Under the pieces are notes generated by a model, which saw nothing but the letters and a program-made list of their open reading frames with translations, was not told where the DNA came from and made no database searches. Made by a program: the position numbers and the translations under genes. Below, piece after piece: positions 38,159 through 47,401 of a stretch of DNA of 64,000 nt. Every line of letters starts with the position of its first letter. Positions within the stretch are counted from its first letter, which is position 1. This stretch comes from Oscillospiraceae bacterium (lineage in GTDB: Bacteria; Bacillota; Clostridia; Oscillospirales; CAG-272), in contig SVTT01000004.1 in NCBI GenBank assembly GCA_015063625.1, positions 2,223 to 66,222 on the forward strand, written 5' to 3'.

Positions 38159-39112
38159 ATGAATAAGACTTTTTATAAACGCAAGCAACTGCCAAAGGTC
38201 TTTTTTGACAGACATATGCAGGTGCGCTCCTATGCCTACGGCAGCGAGGTCCATGCGCGTTTTCTTGAGTGGCAGCGTGACTATGTAAACGCAAGGGGTG
38301 GCACGGGCGAAAAGCTGATCATTGCGGCACAAAGCAGCATTTACGGTGTGGGGGATACCGCACACGCAAGGGTGGGTGATGCCTCGGTGCTTCCTCCGCT
38401 GCTCGTTGACGGCATGCGCTTCACGGCGGATGCCGACGGCTGGGTGTCGATCGGCGGCTCTCGCACCGCACTGAATCTCGGGCTTGAATTGAAGGCATGG
38501 GCACTTCTCACTCTGAGTGAACGGCAGGCAAAGCGTCAGCTGCTTTGCGTGATCGGTAAGCCCAACGGCGTCGATTGCCTCAAGCTCTCCTTGTACCCCG
38601 TTTCCCGACGCGGCGTTGATGAGCATGCCGAGCAGTCGCTCGATATGGAGCATACCTTGAGTGCCGAAAGCTTTTTGATCTGCCTTGGCAGACACATGTT
38701 TGTCGTGCATAACACACAGCTCCATTATTATTACTATCACCCGGAACGGGGTGGGCTTGAGGAGGTTGCCATCGGTGGCGATCTGCCCTGCGCCGAGGCA
38801 CCCGCCTGTCGGCAAGTGCTTCCCCGTGTAGTGACCAATACCGCGGGGTATGTATTCTGGATGTCGGGGGATACGGTATACGGCTTTCCTGTCGGCTATC
38901 CGAGGCGGCTGCTCCGCATTGAGTGTGACGCAAGGGAAACGCTCTCGGGCATCACCTGCGTCGGCGAGGCACTGCTCGTTTACCGCAAGAGCAAAAACAC
39001 CTCAAGGCTCTCCTGTGTACGCTATGTCAAGGGACAGGGCGGCGAGCTGATCGGCACGCCGCTTGACGAAAATGCGCGTCGGATGTACGAGGGGGCAAAG
39101 GAACGGCGATGA
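38159..39112 (+). CDS. hypothetical protein (317 aa)
   Basis: ORF tightly packed between the RuvB-like gene and the SNF2 helicase; no family recognised. Confidence 0.5.
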   Translation: MNKTFYKRKQLPKVFFDRHMQVRSYAYGSEVHARFLEWQRDYVNARGGTGEKLIIAAQSSIYGVGDTAHARVGDASVLPPLLVDGMRFTADADGWVSIGGSRTALNLGLELKAWALLTLSERQAKRQLLCVIGKPNGVDCLKLSLYPVSRRGVDEHAEQSLDMEHTLSAESFLICLGRHMFVVHNTQLHYYYYHPERGGLEEVAIGGDLPCAEAPACRQVLPRVVTNTAGYVFWMSGDTVYGFPVGYPRRLLRIECDARETLSGITCVGEALLVYRKSKNTSRLSCVRYVKGQGGELIGTPLDENARRMYEGAKERR

Positions 39113-39163
39113 AACAGACAATGATATTTACAAAGTGGCAATACCACCAAGGAGGCAATGGTT

Positions 39164-42100
39164 ATGATCGATAAGAATGACGTCAAAATGCCTGTACAAC
39201 GGGAAAATATGGAGTCCATGCTCGGCGATAAGGAGCAGGTGCGAAAAATAGAGGACCTTCTCGATATGGTCAGTGAGGTGGAGAACAAGCAGGAGCTGCG
39301 TCTGAAATCCGACTACTATTCGAGATTCCATTGGTTCGGCGCCTCTGCGGGGAAAAGCGATAAGAGCTATTTTTCCTATCAGGAGCAGGCGGTCTACGAC
39401 TTTATCTTCAATCTGAATAAGAGTGGTATCCTTTCCGACCAGGTCGGTATGGGTAAGACCATTGAGGCAGGCATGATCATCAGTGAGCTTGCCAGCCGTA
39501 ACGAGCTTCGCTCTCTGCTCATCATCGTGCCCAACGAGATCATGGCGCAGAAATGGGAGTACGAGCTTGCCAATAAATTCGGCATCAAGCCCTACCGCAG
39601 AACCGTCAACGGTGTAGAGGAGATCTATCCCGACGTCAAGGCGCTGCGCAATTTTGACGACTTTTGCAAGTGCGTCTTCGAGTGCCTTGCCGAGGAGAAG
39701 TTTGTTGAGCTTTACGAGCATCAGTTCAAGCACAAATATAAGGCAGCCCCCGGCGCAAAGGATACGCTTGACGGGCTGATCCGCGGCTTCATCAATGACG
39801 ATATCCGCGAGGCGGTAGAGATGATCAACCGCGGTCTTGAGGCAAACGAGATCGAGGGCATCGAGGTCGTATTCGACGGCAAGAAATATGCGATCAAGGG
39901 CACCTCCTTCGAAAAGGCGTATACCTACGATGACGGAGGCGAGATCGCCCGCTTCCTCAACGGCAGACAGAATCAGAGCATGCTGGAGAACACCATCAAC
40001 AACGCCTTCTTCGTCAAGCAGTACGAGCGCCTTGTGAAGCAGGAGCTGAACGGTCTTTATACGCTGATCGGTGAGTATTTCACCACCGTTCCCGAGGAGA
40101 TCTCCTCGATCGCCGAAAGCATGTCCAACCGCTATCCCATCCTGGTCATTCCGATCTCCTATTCCGAGAACAAGGGGGACAAGGTGGTGCATCATCAGTT
40201 CCTCAACCGCACGCTGCTGCCCGAGATCAAGAATTACAAGCACAAATATATTATCCAGGACAAAAACGATCATATCGACGAGATCTATGAGAACTACCGT
40301 ATCATCGATTTCTTCATTGACGTGGCATACCAGACCCTGATCGTCGATGAGGTGCATGATTACATCGACGTTGCCTCCAAGATCGATCGCAATCAGTTCC
40401 ATAAAAACCAGGGCTACGCCAAGTTCCCCTCCAAGGAATACGACCGCTTTGAGCTCTTTGACGATTACTACTTTATCAAGAAGAGCAGCCTTTACAAAAA
40501 GCTCAAGACCCTCTCGGATAAGGCAAGCCGAAAGATCTTCCTCACGGCAACGCCGATCAAGTCGGACATGGTCGACTTCTATTTGCTGACCCTGCTTGCC
40601 AGTAACAAGGACGCTGATGCCTATAAGCGCGTCAGCATCAACCTTGACCAGGCATATCCCTTGAGCGAGGACCGCGAGGAGGCGATCGCCAACCTCTACA
40701 ACACCTTCAAGGCGTGTGTGGAGTACAATGCTGCCAGAAACTTCTGTGACCGCCACAGTGACTTCACCAGACGCGAGCGCAGTGATACGGGTGCCGAGAT
40801 CGGCAGATTCGTTTATCCCTATTTCAACAACTCCTTCCTTCTCACGACCACCGACGAGCGCGCCGTGAAGGATTATCTTCTCAGCCAGATCAGCTATATG
40901 TCGATGGAGGAGGTCGTGCTGGAGCTGATACTTTCCTACAATGCCGAGAAAAATGACAGCTCGAGCAGCGATTTTGACATCAAGAACGTCATGAAGGAGC
41001 TTTGTGAGCTGCTGTCCTACCCCGATAACGAATACCGTATTCTCAGCCTCCAGACCCGCGTGGTGTTCAGAAGCCTTTTCAATAACAGCATCAAGATCCG
41101 CTTTGAGGAGGATTTTACCCAGAACGGCAAGCCCATCAAGCGCATCAGACAGCTGCTTGAGCTGGAGGACGGTGCGAGAAAATGGAACAAGACCTATCAC
41201 AGATACGGTATCCGTCATACCCGTCACCAGACCTACAATCTCAGTAACTGCAAGGAGCTGCAAAAGCTCAGCCAAAACCGCATTGAGCGCTATAAGAACC
41301 TGCCCGTCTGGCCCAAGCGTGACGGCAAGGTCATTTACCTCGTGCGTGACGATATCTTCTTTGACTGTCTGCTTGACGTGAAGCGCCCCTGCGAGGCAAC
41401 CAAGCAGAGCGTGATCCGCATGGAGGATCTGCCGAACTTTGACCGTCTGATCGGAAGCGAGGCAGAGAAGAAGGAGCGCTTTGAGAGCGCAACGGCGATC
41501 TTCAATTACATCAACGATTCGATGAGCGGCGGCGTCCCCGGGACGCACGAGCCTGCCAGTAGCCGTTACGAGTCGGTCGATCTTGACGATGCGGGCATGG
41601 TCGATTATAAGCTTGCTCTTGTCAATAAGCTGATGCTGGGCAGAGAAAAGGCGCTCGGCTCGATCAGTAATAAGGTGCTACTGTTTGCCGAGAACAACCG
41701 TGATGAGATCGTGGAATGGTTCAAGTACCAGAAGTGTGCTCCCCTTTATTCGGGCGAGACGTTGGATGACAAAAAGGTGCAGACCTATCGCGAAAAGTGG
41801 CGCAGCTATGCGGTGGATACCGTGGGTGATGAATGGCACGTTTCGGAGGATGCAGAGGACCTGAGCCGTTATGACGGCAATCTGCTCATCATCATCGACC
41901 CGAAGCGCTATGAAAAGGGCGTTGACCTGCAAAAGGCAGATACCATCATCAACTTTGATATCAACTATGACCCGCTGAAGATGGAGCAGCGTATCGGTCG
42001 TATCGACCGTATCCGTCCGACGGGCAAGGTGCCTCAGATCAACATCGTGTCCTTCGTTCCCATGAACGACATGAGTGGCTTTGTCATCAACTTTTTCGCC

Positions 42101-42991
42101 AACGAGCTCAAGATGTTCACGCAGTGGATGGGTGAAACCACGGGTATCGTATCGGTGGAGGAGGACGGCACCTCCAAGAAGGACGGCGAGGATGTGTCCT
42201 TCGAGGGAAAGGTCTACGGACTTGAAGCCTACTATAAATACATGTACGAGCTTTGCAACCGCGGCGTGACCGATGCTGAGATCGAGAAGATGGCGGCAGA
42301 CTTCTCCAAGAAGTTTGGCGTGGATAAGAATATGGCAGAGATCGATTTCCGCTTCCTCAAGACGGTTCGCGGACAGTTTGATGCCATCTTCCGCAATTCG
42401 ATCTCTCCTCAGCGTGCAGGCTACACGGTGTCCAACAAGCCGGGCACCAGGCTGATGCGCTTTAACAGCTCTATGGGTGTATTTATGCCTTGTAGCGCCG
42501 CAGACTGTAAGTCCTGCCCCAACAGCAAGGACTGTAAGGCTCAGGGCAGCGGCATGCGCAACCAGTACAGCAGCTTCCGTCGCGGCGTGGAGGAATTCTT
42601 TGATAACAGCATCAAGTATTATCAAAAGGAAACCGAGACGTTTCTCAAGCGCCTCAGCGACCGCGTCATTTCGGGCAGTGACGGTGAGCATATCAAAAAC
42701 GAGCTCAACGCACGCACCAATCTCTTTAAGCAGAAGGCAAAGGAGATCAAGGCGCTGCTTCCCGGCGTGTCAAGCGATGCATTCGTTATGCCCTTCGCCG
42801 ATTATCTGAAGATCTTCAACCCCATCAAGGAGCTTTATTGGGATACGGTGGTCTATAAGTACCTCGGACTTGTCATCGAGCAGTTCCATAAGCAGTGTGA
42901 CAGCGTTCTTAAGGGCGCGCGCCTGTTTGAACGCTTTGTCAAGACCCTCTCGATCGCAGACTTTATGAAGAACATGGAAGGAACGGTATAA
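39164..42991 (+). CDS. SNF2-family helicase (1277 aa)
   Basis: motif I DQVGMGKTIEAG, motif II LIVDEVHDY, motif III FLTATPIKS, C-terminal helicase domain with QRIGRIDRI (motif VI); AAGGAGG RBS 8 nt upstream of ATG 39164. Confidence 0.8.
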   Translation: MIDKNDVKMPVQRENMESMLGDKEQVRKIEDLLDMVSEVENKQELRLKSDYYSRFHWFGASAGKSDKSYFSYQEQAVYDFIFNLNKSGILSDQVGMGKTIEAGMIISELASRNELRSLLIIVPNEIMAQKWEYELANKFGIKPYRRTVNGVEEIYPDVKALRNFDDFCKCVFECLAEEKFVELYEHQFKHKYKAAPGAKDTLDGLIRGFINDDIREAVEMINRGLEANEIEGIEVVFDGKKYAIKGTSFEKAYTYDDGGEIARFLNGRQNQSMLENTINNAFFVKQYERLVKQELNGLYTLIGEYFTTVPEEISSIAESMSNRYPILVIPISYSENKGDKVVHHQFLNRTLLPEIKNYKHKYIIQDKNDHIDEIYENYRIIDFFIDVAYQTLIVDEVHDYIDVASKIDRNQFHKNQGYAKFPSKEYDRFELFDDYYFIKKSSLYKKLKTLSDKASRKIFLTATPIKSDMVDFYLLTLLASNKDADAYKRVSINLDQAYPLSEDREEAIANLYNTFKACVEYNAARNFCDRHSDFTRRERSDTGAEIGRFVYPYFNNSFLLTTTDERAVKDYLLSQISYMSMEEVVLELILSYNAEKNDSSSSDFDIKNVMKELCELLSYPDNEYRILSLQTRVVFRSLFNNSIKIRFEEDFTQNGKPIKRIRQLLELEDGARKWNKTYHRYGIRHTRHQTYNLSNCKELQKLSQNRIERYKNLPVWPKRDGKVIYLVRDDIFFDCLLDVKRPCEATKQSVIRMEDLPNFDRLIGSEAEKKERFESATAIFNYINDSMSGGVPGTHEPASSRYESVDLDDAGMVDYKLALVNKLMLGREKALGSISNKVLLFAENNRDEIVEWFKYQKCAPLYSGETLDDKKVQTYREKWRSYAVDTVGDEWHVSEDAEDLSRYDGNLLIIIDPKRYEKGVDLQKADTIINFDINYDPLKMEQRIGRIDRIRPTGKVPQINIVSFVPMNDMSGFVINFFANELKMFTQWMGETTGIVSVEEDGTSKKDGEDVSFEGKVYGLEAYYKYMYELCNRGVTDAEIEKMAADFSKKFGVDKNMAEIDFRFLKTVRGQFDAIFRNSISPQRAGYTVSNKPGTRLMRFNSSMGVFMPCSAADCKSCPNSKDCKAQGSGMRNQYSSFRRGVEEFFDNSIKYYQKETETFLKRLSDRVISGSDGEHIKNELNARTNLFKQKAKEIKALLPGVSSDAFVMPFADYLKIFNPIKELYWDTVVYKYLGLVIEQFHKQCDSVLKGARLFERFVKTLSIADFMKNMEGTV

Positions 42992-45666
42992 TGGCAACAT
43001 CCGCATTTGAAAAAAATATCGGCGGCGAATATTCCTGTACGCTTTCCGCCCGTTTTCGCGAGCGAGGGGGCAGGCTGTTCTTGGTCGATTATTCCAAGCG
43101 TTGCGCGGCGTCGGCACTGACCTCACTGTTCGGCGAGGGCACGTACGGCTCGTTCCTGCTTCTCGTCAGCAATCCCGAGGTCGCCGCTACCTTCAAGACC
43201 GTTCTCGCACCTCTTTTCTCTGATCTTGCGGTCATTGATTCGGAGAGTGCTCTGAACGGTGCGCTGGGGAATTGCGGCAGAACGGCAGGCGAGCTGCGCT
43301 CGCATGCCGAGCGCCTTGCGCAGTCCAAGCCGCATCTGATCGTCGTTAAGGCGGCAGGCGGCAAGGAGATCTTCAATATGCCCCTTGCGGCAGACGATGC
43401 CAAAAGCGGTGTTTATGGGGGAGAGAGCTGCGGAAAGCTGCTCTTCTCGGATCTGCTTGCCGAGGGCAATTATGAGTTTGTTGCCGTAGACGACGTGCAT
43501 TCCTATCTTTTGCTGGAGGAGGCAGATCGCGAGCACCGCGTGGCACACCCTGCCGCCGCATACGAGCGACTTGATTTCCTCGGCAAAAATTATTACACCC
43601 CCATCTCCTCCTCTCTGAAGCGGCTCAAGCAGCTGACCACGGGTGCCAAGGGTGTCGTGGTAATGTCGGATACCGTGCTGGAGAAAAACGCCGTCGAGCT
43701 GTTTGCCGTTCTCGAGCTGCTGGATACGCGCTTCTCCGCCCGTCGCGTCAAGGAGATCGTTAAGCCCGTGGCGGATCACTTTTCCTTTGACGGTGCAAGC
43801 GGCTACGGGGGCGCGTGCGATATCATCTATAACGCCGTGACCTACGGACGTGACGAGGAGAGCATCCTCAGTGCCTGCCTGCAAAGGACCAAGGGCATCG
43901 CACAGCGCGTTCCCGGCGATATCAATACCATGCGCGACTATCTGACCGAGGCAATTGACTATCTCTCCTTTGAAGAGGTCTTCCTCATGGTCATGCATAC
44001 CCGTATGACCGACAAGCAGAGCACGAGATGTCCCTCGATCGATACGGTCATCAACAATATGCTCAACAGCTATGACGAGATGGCGGCGTGCTTTGCCGAC
44101 ATGTTCTTCAACAACCCCGTCAAGGGTGAGCTTGAAAGAGCCGTTTCGACCCCGTATGTGCTGGATATGTCGGCAAAGGAGATGAGTGCCGTCCTCTCGG
44201 TCTTCCTAAAATACGGCGCCTACCATTATATGAATAACGCCCCTGAGCGCCTCGGCGTCATTCGTCTGAAGCGTGACGATTCGGGCTTTGAGTATTTTGC
44301 AAGAAGATACGCGAAAAACGAGATCGAGGATGCACGCTGCTTCTCCGTGCTGGGAGAAGGCAGTGATGACGTATGCAAGTGCGTCGAGCTGAAGCGCCTT
44401 GCCGACGGCAAGGATGCCGATGCAAGCGTGACCTCGCCGCTGGTGATCGTGACCGACCGCGACCCTGCCTCGCTGCAATCGCAGGTCAAGAGCGCGCTGA
44501 CGGGCTACACGATGCTTCCCGGTATCGATGCGATCAAGCATGGTGCAGGCGCAGAGGCGGTGCTGATGAGCGTGAAGCAATTCCGTGAGACGCCCTATTC
44601 CGCAGAGCTCGGCTCGGTGGTGTTCTTTGACGCCGTTGCTGACGTGGTGCTCGCAAAGCGCCTGATCGCAAAGGCACAGGAGGTCACCAAGGGCAAGGTG
44701 TTCTTGCTTGCCTCCTACGGCAATATGGACGGTGTGCTTGCCGACGAGTGGCAGGTAGAGCTGAAGGCGGATGACAGGATGCTGCCCTTTGCCTCCTCGG
44801 AGATCTCGCTCAAGCACGGTGCCCGTTACGATTATGCCGATGTGGTAGATCGCATTGACCGTATCTATGGGGATCTGCTGGTCACGGTGACCAACGGGAC
44901 GCAGGAGCGAGTGAAGGAGCTGCCTGGCGCGATCAATAATCTTCTGGTCAGCTTTGCGACGAGAGCGACCTTTGATCCCGAAATGATGGCGCTCGATCTT
45001 GAGTATACCGCCAAGCTCGGCAAATATTTTGACGGCGTATTCCGCAACACCGCTTCGGTTGGCAATCACGGCGAGCATTTCGTGGTGAGAGCCACCGATT
45101 ATGCCCCCGCGGTCGGCGGCAAGGTCCCTGTGCCCAAAACGCTCGGAGAGTCGGTCGGCGTGTTCTTTAACACCTGTGCCAAAATGCTTCGGCACGAATG
45201 TGATATCATTCATAACAACTGTGCCGACTGTGCCGATTATCAAAAATTTTTAGCCAACCGCTTTGATGAGCTTGAGAGCTCGATGAAGGAATTCTTTGAG
45301 ATGGCAGATCATTACGTTGCCAAGGCAAGAGATCTTCGCTACCAGATCCAGCATGACGATATCATCATCGGTCACGGTGATGATGAGGATGACGTGGGAC
45401 TGAGTGCGGAGCTCATCAAGAGCCATCAGACGGCAGCCGTCAACGCGCTGCGTCAGCTGCAAGGCAGACAGGCGGGAGCGAGCAAGGTCTTTCATGCCGA
45501 ATACAGTCATGTTCTCGCCATCCGCGAGGCGGTGTATCAGGTTCTGCGCAAGGTCCTGCGCAAGTACTACAAGGCGGTCATGATGGTCTTTGCCGACTCT
45601 ACGGCTTTGGCGAAAAGCGGACTTGTCGGCGCTCGCGAAGCGGTGCGTGCGCTTGACAGGACCTAA
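42991..45666 (+). CDS. large hypothetical protein (891 aa) with a C-terminal Cys cluster
   Basis: start overlaps the SNF2 stop (TAATG), indicating translational coupling; CxxxCxxxxxxCxxC cluster near residue 730. Confidence 0.55.
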   Translation: MATSAFEKNIGGEYSCTLSARFRERGGRLFLVDYSKRCAASALTSLFGEGTYGSFLLLVSNPEVAATFKTVLAPLFSDLAVIDSESALNGALGNCGRTAGELRSHAERLAQSKPHLIVVKAAGGKEIFNMPLAADDAKSGVYGGESCGKLLFSDLLAEGNYEFVAVDDVHSYLLLEEADREHRVAHPAAAYERLDFLGKNYYTPISSSLKRLKQLTTGAKGVVVMSDTVLEKNAVELFAVLELLDTRFSARRVKEIVKPVADHFSFDGASGYGGACDIIYNAVTYGRDEESILSACLQRTKGIAQRVPGDINTMRDYLTEAIDYLSFEEVFLMVMHTRMTDKQSTRCPSIDTVINNMLNSYDEMAACFADMFFNNPVKGELERAVSTPYVLDMSAKEMSAVLSVFLKYGAYHYMNNAPERLGVIRLKRDDSGFEYFARRYAKNEIEDARCFSVLGEGSDDVCKCVELKRLADGKDADASVTSPLVIVTDRDPASLQSQVKSALTGYTMLPGIDAIKHGAGAEAVLMSVKQFRETPYSAELGSVVFFDAVADVVLAKRLIAKAQEVTKGKVFLLASYGNMDGVLADEWQVELKADDRMLPFASSEISLKHGARYDYADVVDRIDRIYGDLLVTVTNGTQERVKELPGAINNLLVSFATRATFDPEMMALDLEYTAKLGKYFDGVFRNTASVGNHGEHFVVRATDYAPAVGGKVPVPKTLGESVGVFFNTCAKMLRHECDIIHNNCADCADYQKFLANRFDELESSMKEFFEMADHYVAKARDLRYQIQHDDIIIGHGDDEDDVGLSAELIKSHQTAAVNALRQLQGRQAGASKVFHAEYSHVLAIREAVYQVLRKVLRKYYKAVMMVFADSTALAKSGLVGAREAVRALDRT

Positions 45667-45680
45667 CAGAGGAGGAACGT

Positions 45681-47372
45681 ATGGCTTTAACTGATATAGC
45701 AAGACAACTAAAGGAAACATTTGAGGGCTTTGGCGGCGCAGAGCACCGTGATGAGCTGAAGCAGTACCGTGAGATCTACGGTGATGCCGAATGCGTCCAG
45801 ATCGGTGAAATGGATTATATCGTCATCAACGACGTTTATAAGAGCAAAGAGTACGCCGACGTGCCGGAGAGCACCAGCCCGCTGTTCTTCAACAGCATCA
45901 ATAATTCCTATGCGATCATTGATGCCGAGACCTCCTCGACTCTGATTGACGAGGTCTATTCGCGTGTCACCTACATGCAGCGCGTCTGCCGCGTGGATAC
46001 CGCCCCCGACAAGGAGGAGATCCGCCGTTCGCTGCGCGATCTGATCGGAAAGGGGATCACCCTTTCGGATGTTCTGATCAAATCCGAGAGCACCGATTCC
46101 AATAAGGCAAACATCTTCCAGTGCCAGCTGATCAAGGATACCGGCGTATCCGCCGTGCCCGACGTTTATAGCTTTGTTCTGAAAAACGGTGAGATCAAGG
46201 AGATCGCCGAAAATATCATGCGTCAGATCCGTCGCTCGGGTGAGGTCAACCTTCTTAAGGACAGAAATGTGCTGGAGGAGAACAAGGCCGCGATCCAGCA
46301 GGCGGTGTTTGATAAGTACATCAACTCGGACGTGGATATCCAGGGCATCACGGTCAAATCCATCTTCGAGATCAGCATGACCTTCCTCAACATTCACGTC
46401 ATGCTGACCGACGAGGCAAAGAGAAGGGGCGTGTTCAACACCTCCTATCTTGCCAGCGAGAACAATGAGTTTGAGGCGCTCAATGCCAACATTCATGTCT
46501 GTAACTGCGGTCATGAGCTGGTTGACGTGAAGGATCCGAGCAAGATCTACCGTCTGCACGTCAACACCGATGCCTACGACGAGGAGTTTTCCACCGAGAA
46601 CCAGCGCGTGCATGCGGTGGGCTGTGAGGATTGCCTTGTCAAGTGCGAGGAATGCGGCGGATGGCACTTCAATTATGAAAAGTTCATTGGCTCGGATTAT
46701 TACGACAAGGTCAAGCTCATGCCGGGCAGAGGCTTCATCAAGGGGCTTCGTACCATCGATGTGAACTACTGCTCCTGCCGAGAGGGCATTGAGTGGATCT
46801 ATGACGAGCGCACCGGCTCCGAAGAGGAGCACGACGTCATTCCTCTGAAGAAGATGGCGTTCATCAACTATGCCAACGAGCAGATCGCCTCCTATGATGA
46901 CTACATGGCATATTATGAAAAGAGAAGGGGCAACAAGAAGATGGATGCCCTTGAGGAGGTCAAGCTTGCCAAGCGCGTTCGCGCCGATTTCAAAAAGCAC
47001 CTGGCGAGCAAGTTTGATATCGACGTAAAGGATATCAGGATCTCCTCCTCGGATAAGTGCATGACCTGCAGCATCTGCGGCGGCAATTATTACAGAGGAA
47101 CCGTTGCTTCGGATTATGACGATATCTACCGTTGTGAGATCTGTGATGAGCTGATTTCGGAAAAGCGCAGCAGCGTCACGAGAATCGACGGCATCGTATT
47201 TATGAATCACAAGGTGAAGAACCGTTCGGTGATCAGTAAGTATATCGTTACCAAGTTCGGCAACCTGAAAAAGCTATCCTCCTCCTTCCTTGAGATCGAG
47301 CCCTCCGTCGAGCCCCAAGAGGCACCTGTCGAGGCAGAGGTCGAGCCCGAGGAGCAGGTGGCCGAGAATTGA
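45681..47372 (+). CDS. hypothetical protein (563 aa) with multiple Zn-ribbon-like CxxC pairs
   Basis: GAGGAGG RBS; several CxxC...CxxC pairs (CNCGHE, CEDCLVKCEECGG, CMTCSICGG, CEICDE). Confidence 0.55.
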   Translation: MALTDIARQLKETFEGFGGAEHRDELKQYREIYGDAECVQIGEMDYIVINDVYKSKEYADVPESTSPLFFNSINNSYAIIDAETSSTLIDEVYSRVTYMQRVCRVDTAPDKEEIRRSLRDLIGKGITLSDVLIKSESTDSNKANIFQCQLIKDTGVSAVPDVYSFVLKNGEIKEIAENIMRQIRRSGEVNLLKDRNVLEENKAAIQQAVFDKYINSDVDIQGITVKSIFEISMTFLNIHVMLTDEAKRRGVFNTSYLASENNEFEALNANIHVCNCGHELVDVKDPSKIYRLHVNTDAYDEEFSTENQRVHAVGCEDCLVKCEECGGWHFNYEKFIGSDYYDKVKLMPGRGFIKGLRTIDVNYCSCREGIEWIYDERTGSEEEHDVIPLKKMAFINYANEQIASYDDYMAYYEKRRGNKKMDALEEVKLAKRVRADFKKHLASKFDIDVKDIRISSSDKCMTCSICGGNYYRGTVASDYDDIYRCEICDELISEKRSSVTRIDGIVFMNHKVKNRSVISKYIVTKFGNLKKLSSSFLEIEPSVEPQEAPVEAEVEPEEQVAEN

Positions 47373-47401
47373 GAAGCACATGAAAGGTATTAAGGACAGA
47401 C

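Noticed and set aside
39128-41548. 806-codon minus-strand ORF
   Set aside because: Antisense to the SNF2 helicase gene, whose motifs I-VI are all present on the plus strand.
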